From Felis catus (lineage: Eukaryota): DNA of 64,000 nt. Where the stretch lies: assembly GCF_018350175.1 (NCBI RefSeq), contig NC_058368.1, positions 42,658,001-42,722,000 on the forward strand, in the 5' to 3' direction. The position numbers and the translations under genes were made by a program. Below are positions 37,276-51,964 of the stretch, in pieces. A model generated the notes under the pieces. That model saw only the letters and a program-made list of their open reading frames with translations. It was not told the DNA's origin and did not search any database. Position 1 is the first letter of the stretch; every line of letters starts with the position of its first letter.

Positions 37276-38970
37276 GTAAGTGTGGCCACGGGACCAAGTT
37301 CTCTCTAATGGAGTATGGATAGTAGATGTAATTTGTGTAACATTTGATTGTCTTGCTCAAAAGGAGGTTGCTTGCCTCAATGAGATGTTTTTATTTCCAT
37401 AGGCTAAGGCATGTCTTGCAAATAACTTCTTTTGCAAATAACATAAAGATTAAATCAATTACGTAGGGGAAGAAAGGACAATGAATGGAAAGAACCTGGG
37501 TTTCCTCATAGAAGGGACGTCACAGAGGCATGATGCTTTTCAGTCTGAACCACTCCCAAACTGCATGTGTGAGAGAAATAACTCCTTTTTAAACTAGTGT
37601 ATTTTGTGGTTTATTTGTAGTCAACTTTGTCCTTAAAAGTACAATAAAGCATAACTGGAAGTGAGATGCTACTAAACAAAAACCAAATCATGTGGCAAGG
37701 CATTGCTATAAGAAAGTGCAAAGGGGTGCATGAGTGTCCTGACTGGAAAGATGATAACTTACATTGGGACACAGCTAACTTACAAGTGGGACACTTGTAA
37801 AGCTATCACCTGTGATAATCTCAGTGACAGACCATATGCTTACACGTCTGTAGCTTTACTGGAATTTGTTTAAAAAATTCAGACGAATGATGTGTTTGGC
37901 TGCTGTTCGTTGTTTTAGCAAAATTACTGGTAAAGAGAGCTGAGATCAGGCAAGAAATGAAAAGTTCTGCAATTCTATATAGAAGAAAATATAGCACTGC
38001 TAATCTCTGCCTACAATCAGCAATCATATTGACTGAGCAAGCATTATTCTGGGCCCTAAAAGTATTAAAATACCAACTGCCTTTTTATCCTAAATAGCAG
38101 AAGATGAGATTGTCACTTGCAACCTATCTCCACAGCCTCCAAATTAAACTTTTTAGACAGAAAAGGGAGCTAGTCTGTGGTAAAGCTCTGATGAAGGTGT
38201 TGCCTTATCATCCAACTGTATTGTTTCAAGATATATTTCATTTAGATACCTTCACATCATTGGAGAGTGGATGAGTCTAGGCCAGAACCAGGAAGTAGAA
38301 GAATTGATAGACTTGAGGTATATATCTAGAAGAAATCTTTGGGAATGGATACTTGAACAACAACAACAAAAAAGACTGGAATAAAATAAGATGAAAATCT
38401 CGCGTTTTCTGAGAGAAATTTACTGCTAATGAAACCAGACCAAATGTTCTGATTACCAAAGCCAGTTATTTGCATATGGTGGACTGATGTATCATGCTAT
38501 TACATTTTGGGTGAGAGGTAGTCATATAAATTGTCTGTTAGTTTATACATTATCAGGTTGCAAAGAGTCATTTATAGGCTTGAGGGAGACAACCAGACTT
38601 CACTAAGAGATCCTAAACTGAGCCAGATGCAATTAATTGTGGAATGAATCTGCATGTGGGAATAAGGAAGGACCCATGTATTTGGGTCTATTTATTCACT
38701 GCTGGTCCAAACCCATTCTTCCATTACAGTAGATTTTTGCTGGGCACATGACTGTCGAGACATTTTTCAACCTCCCTTGCAGTTAGTTATGACATTTTTC
38801 CTTCAGTATAATATGGGAATGAATGAACATCCAGCTCACTTGTTAAATGAAATTTATTTGTATTGCCTTTTCTCTCTCCACAGGCTATAGTGTGGAAAAG
38901 CACTGAGTCACATTCGACAATGCAGAAGAGAATAGCACGTTGGCAATGGCAAAGCAAAAATGTGAAATGA

Positions 38971-39428
38971 GGGGTGCCTGGGTGGCTCAGTCGGTTAAGC
39001 GTCCGACTTCATCTCAGGTCATGATCTCACGGTTGGTGAGTTCCAGCCCCGCGTCGGGCTCTGTGCTGACAGCTCAGAGCCTGGAGGCTGCTTCGGATTC
39101 TGTGTCTCCTTCTCTCTCTCTGCCCCTCCCCTGCTTGTGCTCTGTGCCTCTCTCTCAATCAAGAATAAATAGGGGCGCCTGGGTGGCGCAGTCGGTTGAG
39201 CGTCCGACTTCAGCCAGGTCACGATCTCGCAGTCCGTGAGTTTGAGCCCCGCATCAGGCTCTGGGCTGATGGCTCAGAGCCTGGAGGCTGTTTCGGATTC
39301 TGTGTGTCCCTCTCTCTCTGCCCCTCCCCCGTTCATGCTCTGTCTCTCTCTGTCCCAAAAATAAATAAAAACGTTAAAAAAAATTGAAAAAAAAAAGAAT
39401 AAATAAAACAATAAATTTTTTTTTTTTT
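38971..39428 (+). mobile_element. CanSINE whose tail hosts a younger SINE
   Basis: Outer TSD aatgtgaaatga. Confidence 0.95.
39172..39394 (+). mobile_element. Young felid CanSINE (SINEC_Fc), nested
   Basis: Near-consensus CpG-rich body; inner TSD aagaataaata (39161-39171, 39395-39405). Confidence 0.96.
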
Positions 39429-40327
39429 TAATGTGAAATGAAACTGGAACCCTGTTTACTTCCTGGAGTAGAATCATCTGAACCTGCCACTGATCTCTGG
39501 AGTGTGATGAGAGAGAAAATATATATACTCTCTTCCTTTATATCACTATATTTTGAATTTTGCCATTTAATTTTTTACAATAGCTGAGCCTATACTGTAA
39601 TTAATATGTTAGCAGTTTAATTTTTATACAAATGTTATTATTTACCTTTCATTTTTTAAGATATTATGAGGCTTTATATTGGGCATAATTTGTCTTGATT
39701 TTTATTATTACAAAATAACAAGAGAGATTTGTTCAGAGATTTGTTTTCTTTCAATGTGGCAAAAAAATGCAAAGTCATATTACAATTTTCAATGAAATAT
39801 GTTAGACATAGTTAACATATGCAAACATTATCAAAAGAAAAGAGAACATCAGATTGGTTCTCTGTTGTGCTTTCAATTGAAAAACTCTCCACCAGTTTAT
39901 CTATTCTCTGAAGCACAATGACAGGTGATACACTCACCAAAACATACTCCAAATGTTCTTTGCGAGTGGCACTGGTGAATAAGTAAACATATTACTCACT
40001 TTTCCAGCAGCCAGTGATAACTTCCATACTACAGTCTATTTCTCTACATGTGGTAATTTACTGGAAGACCTGGGCTGCTATTCAGGTAATTCCTTTTTCC
40101 CCATTCCGGTGCTATTTTTCTCAAGGGCATTGCACCTATATGTTACATTGACCAAAATTTAGAACGTGCAGGAGGTGAATGGAGTATTATGTGAGACTGG
40201 ACCAACTATTAACATAATCCAAACAGTGTTCAATTTTGTTTTATAAACTGGTAGGTATAATGACACATTCAAGATTTTCATTATTAAAGTTGTGTCTTTA
40301 AAATATTAAAAATGAATAACAGAGGTT

Positions 40328-40538
40328 ATTTTTTAACATTTATTTATTTTTGAGAGAGAGAGAGAGAGAGAAAGTGCAAGTGGGGGAGGGGCAGAGACAG
40401 AGGCAGACAGAATCTGAAGCAGGCTCCAGGCTCTGAGCTGTCAGCACAGAGCCTGACGTGGGGTTCAAACCCATAAACCTTGAGATTATAACCTGAGCTA
40501 AAGTTGGCCACTTAACCAACTGAGCCACCCAGGTGCCC
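40328..40538 (-). mobile_element. CanSINE
   Basis: TSD taacagaggtt. Confidence 0.95.
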
Positions 40539-43361
40539 TTAACAGAGGTTTATATTTTTACTTATTTCTCACTAAATTCAAGATGCTAAGGACTATTGAA
40601 TTCAATCTGTTTTTGTTGAACAAATTTCAATTTTTAATCTATTTTTATTGACAGAATTTTGCAATTTGGTTTTAAGCCAGTTACTTTTGGAAAAATATAG
40701 ATCTTTAATTCTGTGAAGTGTATGTTGACTCAGTTCAATCCTTTTCTCTCAGCTCAGGATGATGTTCATCATTATTACCTTTGTATAGGTGCTTTAAAAT
40801 GATTATTATTAAAAGTAGAAGTAGAAGTCAATTATTATATAAGAAATGTTATCTGAAGTTGAAAATATACAGACAGAAGGTGCATGTGTTTGACTTCCTA
40901 TTGGCGTTCTTTCTCCAGCTTGTCGGAACTTAACCTACAATTTACACAAAAAACACTAACAATAGCTAATGAAATACTCGTGCATAATTTATCACACCCC
41001 GTTAGTTATTTCAACTTACTTTATTTATTTATTTCAATTTAATGAAACAGATTAGAATTGTTTCACATAATTATGTGGAGCCAGTAATTACGTGAAGCAG
41101 TTTAAATATATCACAAAAATCAGGTTTTATTAGAAAATGGCATCTTAGTAATTCTAATTTCTTAGTTCTTACCTGAAAATGGTTTGTGTTTTTTTTTTAA
41201 CACACACACACACATTTCCTCAGACTGCCAGAAATGTGGGATGGCTTTTTTAAATTTGAAATATAGCTAATTTATCAAAATGTACATTTGAACAATTTGG
41301 AAACAATAAAAAAATAGAATATTTCCATATAATTCTTTCATTTTTATTGTATCAGTATTTGATTAATTCAAATATATAGGTTATATCACACATATTTCAG
41401 TATCTCTACTTACTGAATTTAGAATAACTGACATCTTAAATTTTCTTCTCTTGCTCTTCTTTATTCACTAGTTCAACCTCTTAGGTTCTTTTTATCCATT
41501 GGCAGAACAGCTTTCTTATTAACTATATTTAAGGTGCTATTAAAGCTAACCTCTCATGCAGTGAGGACATATTTATAATCTCACAAGGATCCACACTCAT
41601 GCCAGTGTCTCACAAGATGTTTTTATGAGAAGGAGGTTTCTGCTTCATGCAGGCCTTGACGTGGAGACAGCAAGACTATATTAGAACTTATTTGTCACTT
41701 ACCTCATTGCATGCCAAACAGATAGAGCTTTAGGACTTTTTGAGTTGTGGCATCATTTGGTACATCAAAGTAATAAGCTTGGGTTTCATACAGCACACAT
41801 CCTGTGATGTACTTCTGCTACGTAAGTCCCTCCACGCAGAGTTACCTTAAAGTGGCTCATTATTTAGAGCCTGTGTAAGAAAAGTACTTCCTCTGGACAA
41901 GGAAAAAAGTCCCCTTCACAGGAAAAATTGTATAATGCCTCCCAGGTGTGTAAGAAAGGTGAAAAACTACAGCTCATCTGATGTCCTGTTCATGACTTAG
42001 TGGGCTTATTAGTTCCCCGAACGAAGACTCATCTGCCCTGCATTTCCGTGGTTTAATTTAATGGACAGATTCTCCAATAAAGGTAGATGGAAATAAATGC
42101 ATTAGACAGCTCGTGCAAGGAGCAAAAGGAAGAGGATTTAACCATCAGGGTTTTTATATCTTTGAAATGATATGTTGTTTCTAACCATCTCAATTTCTCT
42201 AGCTTAAGTTTATTATTCTTTTATCTGATTCTTACTGCCATCTGGTTCATGTGCAAGTGCAAATCATAAGCAAGAAAAAGCAGAGCTAATTTTCTGTGTC
42301 AGCTTAACAAACAAAAGCTGTGTGGTATGGATAGCTATCATTAAAAGTATCTATCATGAAGTATTGATCTGAAATAGGTTACTTTTTCAATGTTTAGATA
42401 TGAGATGGTAATTAGGATTATTTGAAAAAGGATGAGCGTCAATCTGTAATGTGGGAGGCTGTATTGATTTTGGAAAATGACTTTGTAAAGCAACTTTTAT
42501 TTTCTACACATTTCTTATGAGTTCATATTTTGAATTCTTTCATAGCATAGATTTTATTAACTGAAAATATAATAATTAATAAATGACCTGAAATTTCTCT
42601 TGCATGTAAATAGCTTTATATTAATCCCTTTCAATGGTATAAAATGTAAATTATAGTTTCAGGGGAACTCTTAAACCTAATAGAGAAAATATGATCGAAG
42701 GGAGAAAAAGAGAGGCATCTTTCTAGCTGTCAGCTCATTGTTGATATTTTATGTATCAGAGATAGTTTAAAATCTCTTATCATTTCTCCTTGTTCAAAGG
42801 AACAAATATGTTTTCTTCTACCATAAATAAAATTATTAAATATAATAAGACAATACCGACATAAATCTTTAAATTGTTAGGAACAACACATTTCATAATG
42901 AAATATAAAACATCTGTTCAAAAAGCCTTTAACCTCTTACACTGTTATAATAAGTAAGATTGTTTTGGCTCTGTGCATTAAAAGTAGTGGATAATTACAA
43001 AGGTACTTTATCAAATAGAATTTTTACAACTTACCGTAAGATATATGTCCATATATAATGTCTGCATGCATAAATGTTTCCCTTTGGAGTCAGGTAAATC
43101 TCACAGATGGAAAAATTTACTTTTCCCAGTGTAGAATTATATGAAGCCAAATCTCTATTAGTATTACAGTTAGGTCTGTTTACATAAAGAATGGAAAATT
43201 ACCTCAAGAGACTATTGGTTTTTTACACTTTCTTGGATATTAATTCCTTTTCTTAAAACCTGTATGCCTCAATTACTTCCTAATGATCTTATGTATTAAA
43301 AATACTTAAGGTCACTCAAAATAGTATTTATTTCAGTCATTTAAGATACAAAACATATTAT

Positions 43362-43818
43362 TGTAGTTACCCAGTAAGGTGACCCTCAATGACCATGGCT
43401 TTTTGCTATCCATGCTCATATGTAATCCATTCTTCTTGAGTGTGATCAGGACTTAAAGACTCTTCCAAGGAACAGAACATGGCTGACATGATGAGAGGTC
43501 ACTTCCAAGATGAGGTTGTAAAAAGCCTCTGGCTTTTCTATTGGGTACTCTTTCTTGCTCTCTCTTGGATCACTAACACTAGGAGAAGCCAACCGTCTTG
43601 TTTCGAGGCAACTGGAAGAGAAAACAAGCTCTGACAACAACCACGTGAGCCTTAAGAGGAGGCTGCAGCCATCCTAACGCTTTGGCTTTAACCTAGTAAG
43701 ACTCTAAGTCAGAAGATCACGCTAGACCATGGCCAGAATCTTGATGAGCGGAAATTGTGAGATAACAAAATATTTGCTGCTTTAAATTGCTATATTTGAA
43801 GTAAATTGTTACACGATG
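43362..43818 (+). mobile_element. MaLR solo LTR (MLT1E/F-like)
   Basis: taaggtgaccctcaatgacc...tgtaatccattcttcttgagtgtg...gtcacttccaagatgaggtt...gaaattgtgagataacaaaatatttgctgctttaa. Confidence 0.8.
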
Positions 43819-44102
43819 TTCTAGTAAGTTTTATATGTTTTCTCTTCTGTGTAGACCCAGAGCGCATTTTTTTCATGGTTTATTTATCTGGAAATAAACG
43901 ACTTTGCATGTGGATGATACTATATACCTGGATCATGACATTTACAAAGGTAAATTCTTAAGCCACATCTTCAGATCTAATGAGCTACTTTCTTTAATCT
44001 GAACCCTGTTGGATTTATGAAAACTAGAACAATATAGTTGGGCATAACCCAATATAAATTATTTAGAAAAGGGATTGCTATGAGACAACTAGAAACTCTT
44101 TC

Positions 44103-44304
44103 TTTTTTTTTTAATTTTTATTTATATTTTAGAGAGAGAGAGAGAGCATACGCAAGCAGGTAAGGGGCAGAGAGAGAGAAGGGGATAGAGGATCCTAAGC
44201 ACGCTCCCTGCTGACAGCAGACAGCCCTACACAGAGCTTGAACTCATGAATCCGCAAGATCATGACCTGAGTGGATGTTGCATGTTTGAGTCACTAGGCT
44301 CCCT
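44103..44304 (-). mobile_element. CanSINE, diverged
   Basis: T-rich tail, (GA)n, gcttgaactcatgaa...agatcatgacctgag. Confidence 0.88.
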
Positions 44305-46889
44305 GAGAGTACTATTTCTGTGAAGCAAAAAGGAGAAAAGTAGAAAAACAAAAACAAAAACAAGAACAAAAACTATGCTAATGCCATAGAATTTGTTTCA
44401 GAATAACTCAGTTTCTAAAACGGGTCCTTGGTGCTTTCATTTATGATGTAATGATCTTGTTTACTTAATGTTTCCTTCAATTTAGTTTTTATGCTTTCTG
44501 CTCTCTATTGTTCTAGGCTGACAACAACACTGACACTTAAACTATATAATTTGATATACCCTTCATATATTATCATTTTCGAATGATCATTTTAGAAGGA
44601 AAAATCAGCTGAGAAAAAGGTTAATAATTTATTTTATTTGAAAATATACAAAAGTAAAAATAAAGAAATACAAAAAAAATCCAACTTGCTTTGCAGAGTA
44701 GATAAAATGCTGCATGTTGATAAGCTAAAAGAGAAGGTCATATGTCTATTAATATCGGAGTATGGCATTTTTTTAATTTGTAAGACAGAAATGACAGTTA
44801 TTTACAAAATCCGCTACTAAGATAACATGTTACTGGAGGAAATGTATTGAGTTTAATGATGAAGCGTGACCTTTATGAACTTAACGGACAAAGCTGGACC
44901 CTGGCATTAAGCTCCAAACCATTTGAATGTGTAAAACATGATGTTAATATCTAATTTTGAATGAAATTTGGACTACCCACAAATGCCTTACACTACTTCC
45001 TGAGCCTTTTCATCAACAGCTTGCTAGATTGCATCCAGTTCACCATCTGGAAGTGTCACTTGCTACAAAATAAACCTGCTCCCTGGATGACAGCAGGATA
45101 CCTAAGCATCTGCTGTTTAATAAGCTACAGCAGAATATCCACCACCAGCACAGGAAGGGGCAATATTTCAAGGAAATGATGGAATCATCTAATATTAGCC
45201 CTTGAATGTGCCTTAGGGAATTATCTAATCCATCATCTTTAAGGTGTATTCCATGAGATACTAGAACTGTGGGATAATGAGAAGGATCCCAGGTTTAAAA
45301 AAATAATAATAATAAATCCTTGAATCCCCAATTAAGTTTAGAAAATTCTGTGTTAACAAAGACAAAACAGAAATGATAATAAATGATAATTAAGAGTCTT
45401 AGTGAGGAAATAAGACATGTGAATAAATAGATGAGGAAATAAGACATGACATAGAAAACAAAATAACAAAAAGTAGATGCACAGGTAGGGGATGGGGCAA
45501 ATGTAGCAGAGTCTGGGAATCTGCCTGCATAGAGTAACATGGTACAAAGGAAAGAATATCTCATTTTTTGGAAATTCTCTACTATTTCACCTTTGATAAT
45601 TCTACTTTTTTTTCCTTTTTGTAATGGAATATAATTGATACTTCTTTTCTACTTTCTTAATTTCTGTTTTTCCCTTCATTTGACTCTGAGGAAGAAGGCC
45701 AACTTTGGACAGATGTTGGAATAAGTCCTAGACCTAGGTCTCATGATCTGTGAACATTCTGATCAGGCTGATGTTTATAAACTTTCAATCATAGGCCTGG
45801 TTCCTTAATTGTGAAATGGATATGATTTTCCAATTTAGAAGGCCTAGCCATATTCTTTCAATGTTGCCTTTTCTTAAATTTGAGGTATTTAAAGCATACA
45901 TAAAGTCACAGAAAGACACTCATGATTACTTATATGCCTATCATGTAATCTAATATGGCCTACCATTTTGCCATATTTAATTCAGATTTTTTTAAAGAAG
46001 TAAAACACTAAAGATAGAATTTGTGTCCTGTTTTTACCTTTCCCTGATTCCATTTTTCTTTCCCTTCCTAAGAATGCAGGGATAGAGGTTATGACCTTGT
46101 TTATGTTCAAATGAATACAAGATAACCACAACGTTGTTGGCTCTTTTCCCAAGTTCTTCCCATCTCCTATCATTCCAATTCCTTCATTAGTCAGGTGCAA
46201 AAGAAATTCCTCTTTTTGACTAACGCAGAGCAGTTTAGCTAATACTGTTGTTTTTTCCCCACAACCCAAGCTTGAAATTCCTACTTCTCCATATAGATTC
46301 AGCAGTGTAATTTGCTCAGCAATGATCATTACTTTTCTAGGAGGGATTCTGACGCCCTGTTTTCAGTTAATACATTTGTGTAGCTCTTTACAGTATTATG
46401 AGTATCTTCTTATTCCTAAAAGCATCAACACTTGAGATTCTCAGAGAGGAAAAGAGAGGCGCAAATTTGTGCCTATTGAAAGAAAATAAGTGCCAAAAGA
46501 GACTCAGCAGAACATGTTTTAGGAAAGCAAAAGTTCCATAAAAAGTCATCTATGAATTCTGTACATTTAAAGACTCAACTTTAAGCCATTACAGACTCAG
46601 AGAAAGAATTCTTTTCAGTTGGTGCACATATAAGGATGATTTCTGCATTACTTAAAAGTTCCTGTTTTGATGGCTGGAGGCAGAAACACTGTTAATCTCA
46701 GATTACCTTAAAGTCAGGTAGGTGATTGGTACTGAAGATGGCAAAACTGCATCCAGGTACTGCCCATCTCCTAGGAGATGAAACCTTCACGGCTTTATAA
46801 TAAGCAAGAAATGAAGAGCACTGCAGTGTACTGAGGACAACAGTTAGAGGGAAATTTTCACTAATGAGAAATTGATTTCAAAAGCAGCA

Positions 46890-48360
46890 GAGAGCCAGTT
46901 AAACAGGTGGGTTGAGCACATGCTTTTATCTCCATGTTCTCTGGAAACTCCAGCAATATAACAATTAGAGACTTTTAAAAGTCATGCACACATATGGACC
47001 AAAAAAAAAAAAGAGAGTTAAGAAGATAGTAAAAGATAATAGAAGGTATCTATCAATAAACGTTTTGAACTTGGAATGTGGAAAAAGTTCAGCAGAACCA
47101 AGAAAACTGCCACCTAAGCTTTCAAGAAGATAGTCAAGATGTGGCTCAACATGAAAAAGCTCAGGTATGGGGGGGGGGGGGGCGATTATAACAAAGGTGC
47201 TCAGCTGTGGCCAAAATCCAGAAGATTGTTTGAAACGCTGTCTTATTGGTGTTATCAAAGATTCTCTCATCCATCCTGCAAAGTAAGAAAGAACTCTGTG
47301 AATTTTGTCTCCGGAGATGTTGAAACAGAGGACTACATACAGGAACAACAGGACTAAGTGAAAGTCTACATACCTAACAGGGTACTCCTAGCGTCTTTCT
47401 TGAACTTGCTTCCATATTGGGGGCAGTCAGTGTGAGACTGGAAAATTTCTCTCTGAGAAATGAAAACCTAGATACTCAGGAGGAAAGCTCTACACATACC
47501 CAACTAGGCTGTTGGATCCCTGCTGATCGTTATAGGATAATGATCACCTACCTGTTAATGAACCCCAATGCATGGGATTATTTGTGCTTCATTCTTAAAC
47601 AGGAACTGAGAGCCAAGGAATGTGAAATATTTGTGGAGAACTGTTAATTTGAGAAATGGAGACCAGCACAAATGAAACACCCAGAATGACAGTCATGCAG
47701 CAGATATATAAAGGAAATGACTCATTGGAACCAGAGGATTCCTGTGAAACCTTGTCCAAGAAAAAAAGAAAAGAAATGAATAGAAACTTTGATGTGTTTG
47801 ACTGTATTAAAGGAGATATTTATTTCTGTGGGAGAGTTTGGGGATGAATTATGGAAAAGCATAAAAAATCCTCACCAATGAAAAATAACTATACTATTAA
47901 TTATGAGTAAAACAAAAGAAATTATATAAGAAAGGAAATATGATACTAATAAATGACATAGCTCAGCTGTAAATAATAGTCAACAATTAAAGGATAATGC
48001 TAGTGGCCATCATAGAAAACAATATAACCAAAATTTTTGTCATGGTTACATTCAGGGGATGAGATTTATGGTGGATGTTTAGATTTAAGAGAGAGAAACC
48101 TCCAACCACCTGTAGATGGAATTTAATAGATAATCATATTTAAATTTTTTTTAAATCAAGAAATTAGGAAAATAGTTTCTAAGACTAAAAAAAAAGAAGA
48201 AATGTGGATAAAATATAGAACAAAAGATAAATATGAAATATGCTACTTCTGAGGAAGAGGCATGATATATAAGGAATGTGAACCACAGATCTATTTTTTA
48301 TAACCAGTTTTCTAGATCTCTGTTATTAAGTCTATGGATATTTACTACTCTGTTAAAAAG
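46890..48360 (+). mobile_element. HAL1-like element (5' and 3' parts, internally reduced)
   Basis: 5' ccagttaaacaggtgggttgagcacatgc and 3' aaaggaaatatgatactaataaatgacatagctcagctgtaaataata resemble HAL1 termini. Confidence 0.55.
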
Positions 48361-48464
48361 AAAACATTTTAACAGGGAAAGGAAAAAAAGAAGAAAAGAC
48401 AAGGGCTGTGCAGGGTGATCTTTTTTAGAAGATTCAATCTGCCAGGGAAAGCAAGAGGCTTCCT

Positions 48465-48679
48465 GGGGTGCCTGGGTGACTCAGTCAGTTAAGCATCCAA
48501 CTTCGGCTCAGGTCATGATCTCACTGCTCCTGAGTTCGAGCTCTGAATCAGGCTCTTTGCTCATAGCTTGGAGCCTGGAGATTGCTTCAGATTCTGTGTC
48601 TCCCTCTTTCTGTCCCTCCTCCACTTGTACTCTGTCTCTCTCTCTCTCTCTCTCTCTCAAAAATAAATAAAGTATTAAA
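48465..48679 (+). mobile_element. CanSINE
   Basis: TSD aaagc(a/g)agaggcttcc. Confidence 0.95.
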
Positions 48680-49054
48680 AAAGCGAGAGGCTTCCACAGC
48701 TTCTTAGTGTATAAAAACAGGATTATAAGATTACTGAAGATTATATTTTTCAAGCTATTTAGGAAAATACAGATTATGGAAATTATTAGAGAAAGTGTGG
48801 GGAGGAGGAGCCAGCAGAGATGACAAGGTTCTCATGGAGAAGAAATATTAACTTGGACTAGAACACTAGACATCTGATCAGTGTTAGTGCAACATAGCAA
48901 AGAATGGCTGGTGGACCTGTCCATATACTTTGCTTCACTTGAACTTTGGGTTACAGACTGGGAATGTATATTGTGAATGCTGAGACTTATCTCAGTTGCC
49001 TCATGCCTGGGTTTTTGGTGACAATGGGAAATTGGGCAACAATAGTAGTAAGTA

Positions 49055-49838
49055 CAGTAAAACCTTGGATTGCGAGTAACTTGTTCTGTGAGTTTTTCAC
49101 AAGATGAGCAAAGATTTCTAATGCATTTTAACTTAAACGAGCAATGTCTTGCAATATAAGTAGTATGTGACAGCAAATGTCACATGATCACAACTGAGCC
49201 AATAGTTTTTCTCTTTCTCTTACTGCCAGATTGTGGGTGATTGTCTCCCATGCTTAGATGCTCGGTCTCAGGCTGTGGTGTTTAGCAGAAATCAGTGATT
49301 TTTCAGAAGGTTGGATAGTGCCCACAACTGGCACTAGTGTGTTTTTTTGTCACGTCAAAGCACCTATGGACAGTCCTTTGCTTTTCCATACCATAATAAG
49401 TTTAGGAATGCTTTGCTTCATTCTAGGTCAGGCTGCCTGCAGATATAGACCCTTTCCTCTGCTGTCTTATTGCCAGTTACATTAAATACAGTATGCGACA
49501 GGAGTTTATTAATACTGTACTGTAATTAGCATCTGCTAATGATAGTGAAAATCATCTTACACAATAACCTTCCTCTCTCTTGTCTCCCTTACACCAGCCA
49601 CAAAGGTTTTCAAATATAAGTGCAGATTAATTTACTTTCTTTATATTTTATATATTTTTTATTATTTTGTATTATATTACTGTATTGTAATTGCTTTTAT
49701 ATGAATATTTGGGGGATGTGGCATGAGTCATCTGAGTTTCCATTATTTCTTCTAGGGAAATTCTCTTTGATATGCAAGTACTTTGGATTGCAAGCATGTT
49801 TCCAGAATGAATTATGCCCGCAAACCAAGGTTTTACTC
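49055..49838. mobile_element. Non-autonomous Tc1/mariner (Tigger-like) DNA transposon
   Basis: 20-bp TIRs cagtaaaaccttggattgcg / cgcaaaccaaggttttactc (18/20 match), TA at 49053-54, no transposase ORF. Confidence 0.8.
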
Positions 49839-51964
49839 ACTTGCAAAGAAACAATCTTATAAAACAGCTTGGGACACAAAGGAGCCAAACAAAGGGTGAT
49901 GCAGTTTTTTGATGATGAAAGACCAACGGAACCATTTTTTTCTTAGTCACACTTGCCTAGAATTTATAACAATTTTTTAAGAGTTAATGGTCACTAATAT
50001 AATATCTCTATCGCTGATTATTTGAAGTTGTTTTCTATGGGTCCAAAATATCATTCCAAAATGTGGATTCTTTCTTTCACAACTAAGTATTTTATATGTT
50101 TATAAGGTCCAAAGTTTAAAAGTACTCCTTTTCAGATCCATGAATAACCAAATAGAATGGATACAGTCTAAGGACAATGCTTAATTTACCAATGCCTAGA
50201 GTGGGAAAAACCATGTTAGTGTACCTTTTCCTGAAAACTACCCAGAATAGGCATCTTCTAGCAGAAGTACTCCATTTTCCAACAGAGTATCTTCAAGTAT
50301 GGTATTGAAAGAGTTAAACTAGGAATTCTCAAATTCAGTATTCTACAAGATATGAGGGTAGCATTCAAAATCATAAGACCACTTATCAATTGATAACTCT
50401 AATGGGAATTTATTATTCTTTACTAAATTAAAACTTAATTCCTAAAAATTGCCAATGGGAAGAGTGATGGTTGAACCTCATACTCCTGACCCTTTTCATG
50501 AGACCCTTAATCTCTTGACAAACTTTCACTAATTTTCCTAACAACACTAGACTGACCCCAATGAGTTGTGGCTTCTAAATTCTTGAAACACTGGTGAAAT
50601 CTAGCTAGAGCATTTAATCATGATTTTACTGTCATATATGTTTTCTTGAAGCCAATATGTCACCTAGTTATAGGATGCACAATCCATTTTTGAATAATGT
50701 ACTCTGTTAAAGACCAAACTTCTAATGAATCAAGAATAAATAATACTACCTTTTCAATTCCTAACTATTTTTCCTCTTAAATGTCACAATTAGAATTTGA
50801 TCTTATACCTAGTTCACTTTCAGGGTACAAAGATTTTTGTGAATCACTTCAGACAATTTGCAATCATTATAGCAATATGATACACTTCTACTATGTAATA
50901 TCTGTAAGCGTCATTATGTAAGTATCCTTAATCCTCAATATATGATTCCCAATACTATTGAACAATAGCATGATTCTGTCTGTAGTTCCTATTTGGCTAA
51001 ATTCTTTTTTTTAACTACAATTAATTTAAATATTATTGAAAATTAAATAGCTCTTGTCTCAATCTGCCAAAATACTTTCTTTTTTGATAGTTGTTGGTAT
51101 TTGTGTCATAGTTCTTCATCATGTATGAATCTGTTCTGCACAAAATCCAGATTTTGAAAAGGTTTATCCCATACTGAGAAATTTGACAATTTCTACCAAC
51201 TTTGATTACATTGCTTGGTGTGTGACAGGCAATTTTCTGTGTATGATTTTTTTTTTCAATGCCCGATTGTAGTGCTATCATTTTAAAGACATTTTCAGGG
51301 ATGTTTAGGGATCTAAATTTAAGTTAAAAGTCAAACCTCTGCTGAGTTGTACAGACAAACAAACAACTAAGTTGATAAAAAAAAATGAACAGATAAAATC
51401 TATTGCTAGGTTTGCACCTGGGCAGATCATTAAACTGTGGTAAATCTCAACCTCTGGATCTATCATCCTGCTCATTTCTCAATTATAAGTCACATACAAA
51501 TGCCACAAATTGTAGTTTAGAATGTAGGGGGGTGGTGGCAATGGTTTCAATAGCGATGTTTGGATGCAAGGAGAGAAAATTAATGTAGATAGTGTTGTGC
51601 TACCAGGTAATATAACTTCACTGGCAATTCAAGAAAATCAATATAGGAATTGTTTAAAGGGCCAATCTATTTTGGAAGAGGTACTGATCTTGAAGATTCA
51701 TTTGCATGTCCAAGATACGAAACTTTTTGTGTGTGGCTGGAGGTTTTGAGGGGTGTTATAGTGAGTAAGTCTGAGCAGCAGGGAGGCCTCTAAAAGTCCA
51801 GGTAGAACTGCCATTAATGGCCCACAAGTTTTAAGTTAACTCACCTTTATCTTAAAACATACTACTTCTCTTCATTGCTTCAGCTTTGTCTTCATGAGAC
51901 TGGGACCATCTTTATCTTCCCACCTGAAAGTACACCCAAACCTGTCTAGAATCTTTTTTGTTTT

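Larger units (their letters stand above)
37440..39606 (+). mobile_element. MaLR element: LTR - internal - LTR (MLT1I/J-like)
   Basis: LTR end near 37643, then the internal-start motif actggaagtgagatgctactaaacaaaaaccaaatcatgtggc; a second LTR from about 38690 (cctcccttgcagttag) to about 39606, interrupted by SINEs. Confidence 0.6.

Noticed and set aside
41165..41182. Minus-strand ttttcag|gtaaga resembling a recursive splice site
   Set aside because: The pyrimidine tract is short and there is no evidence of a host intron.
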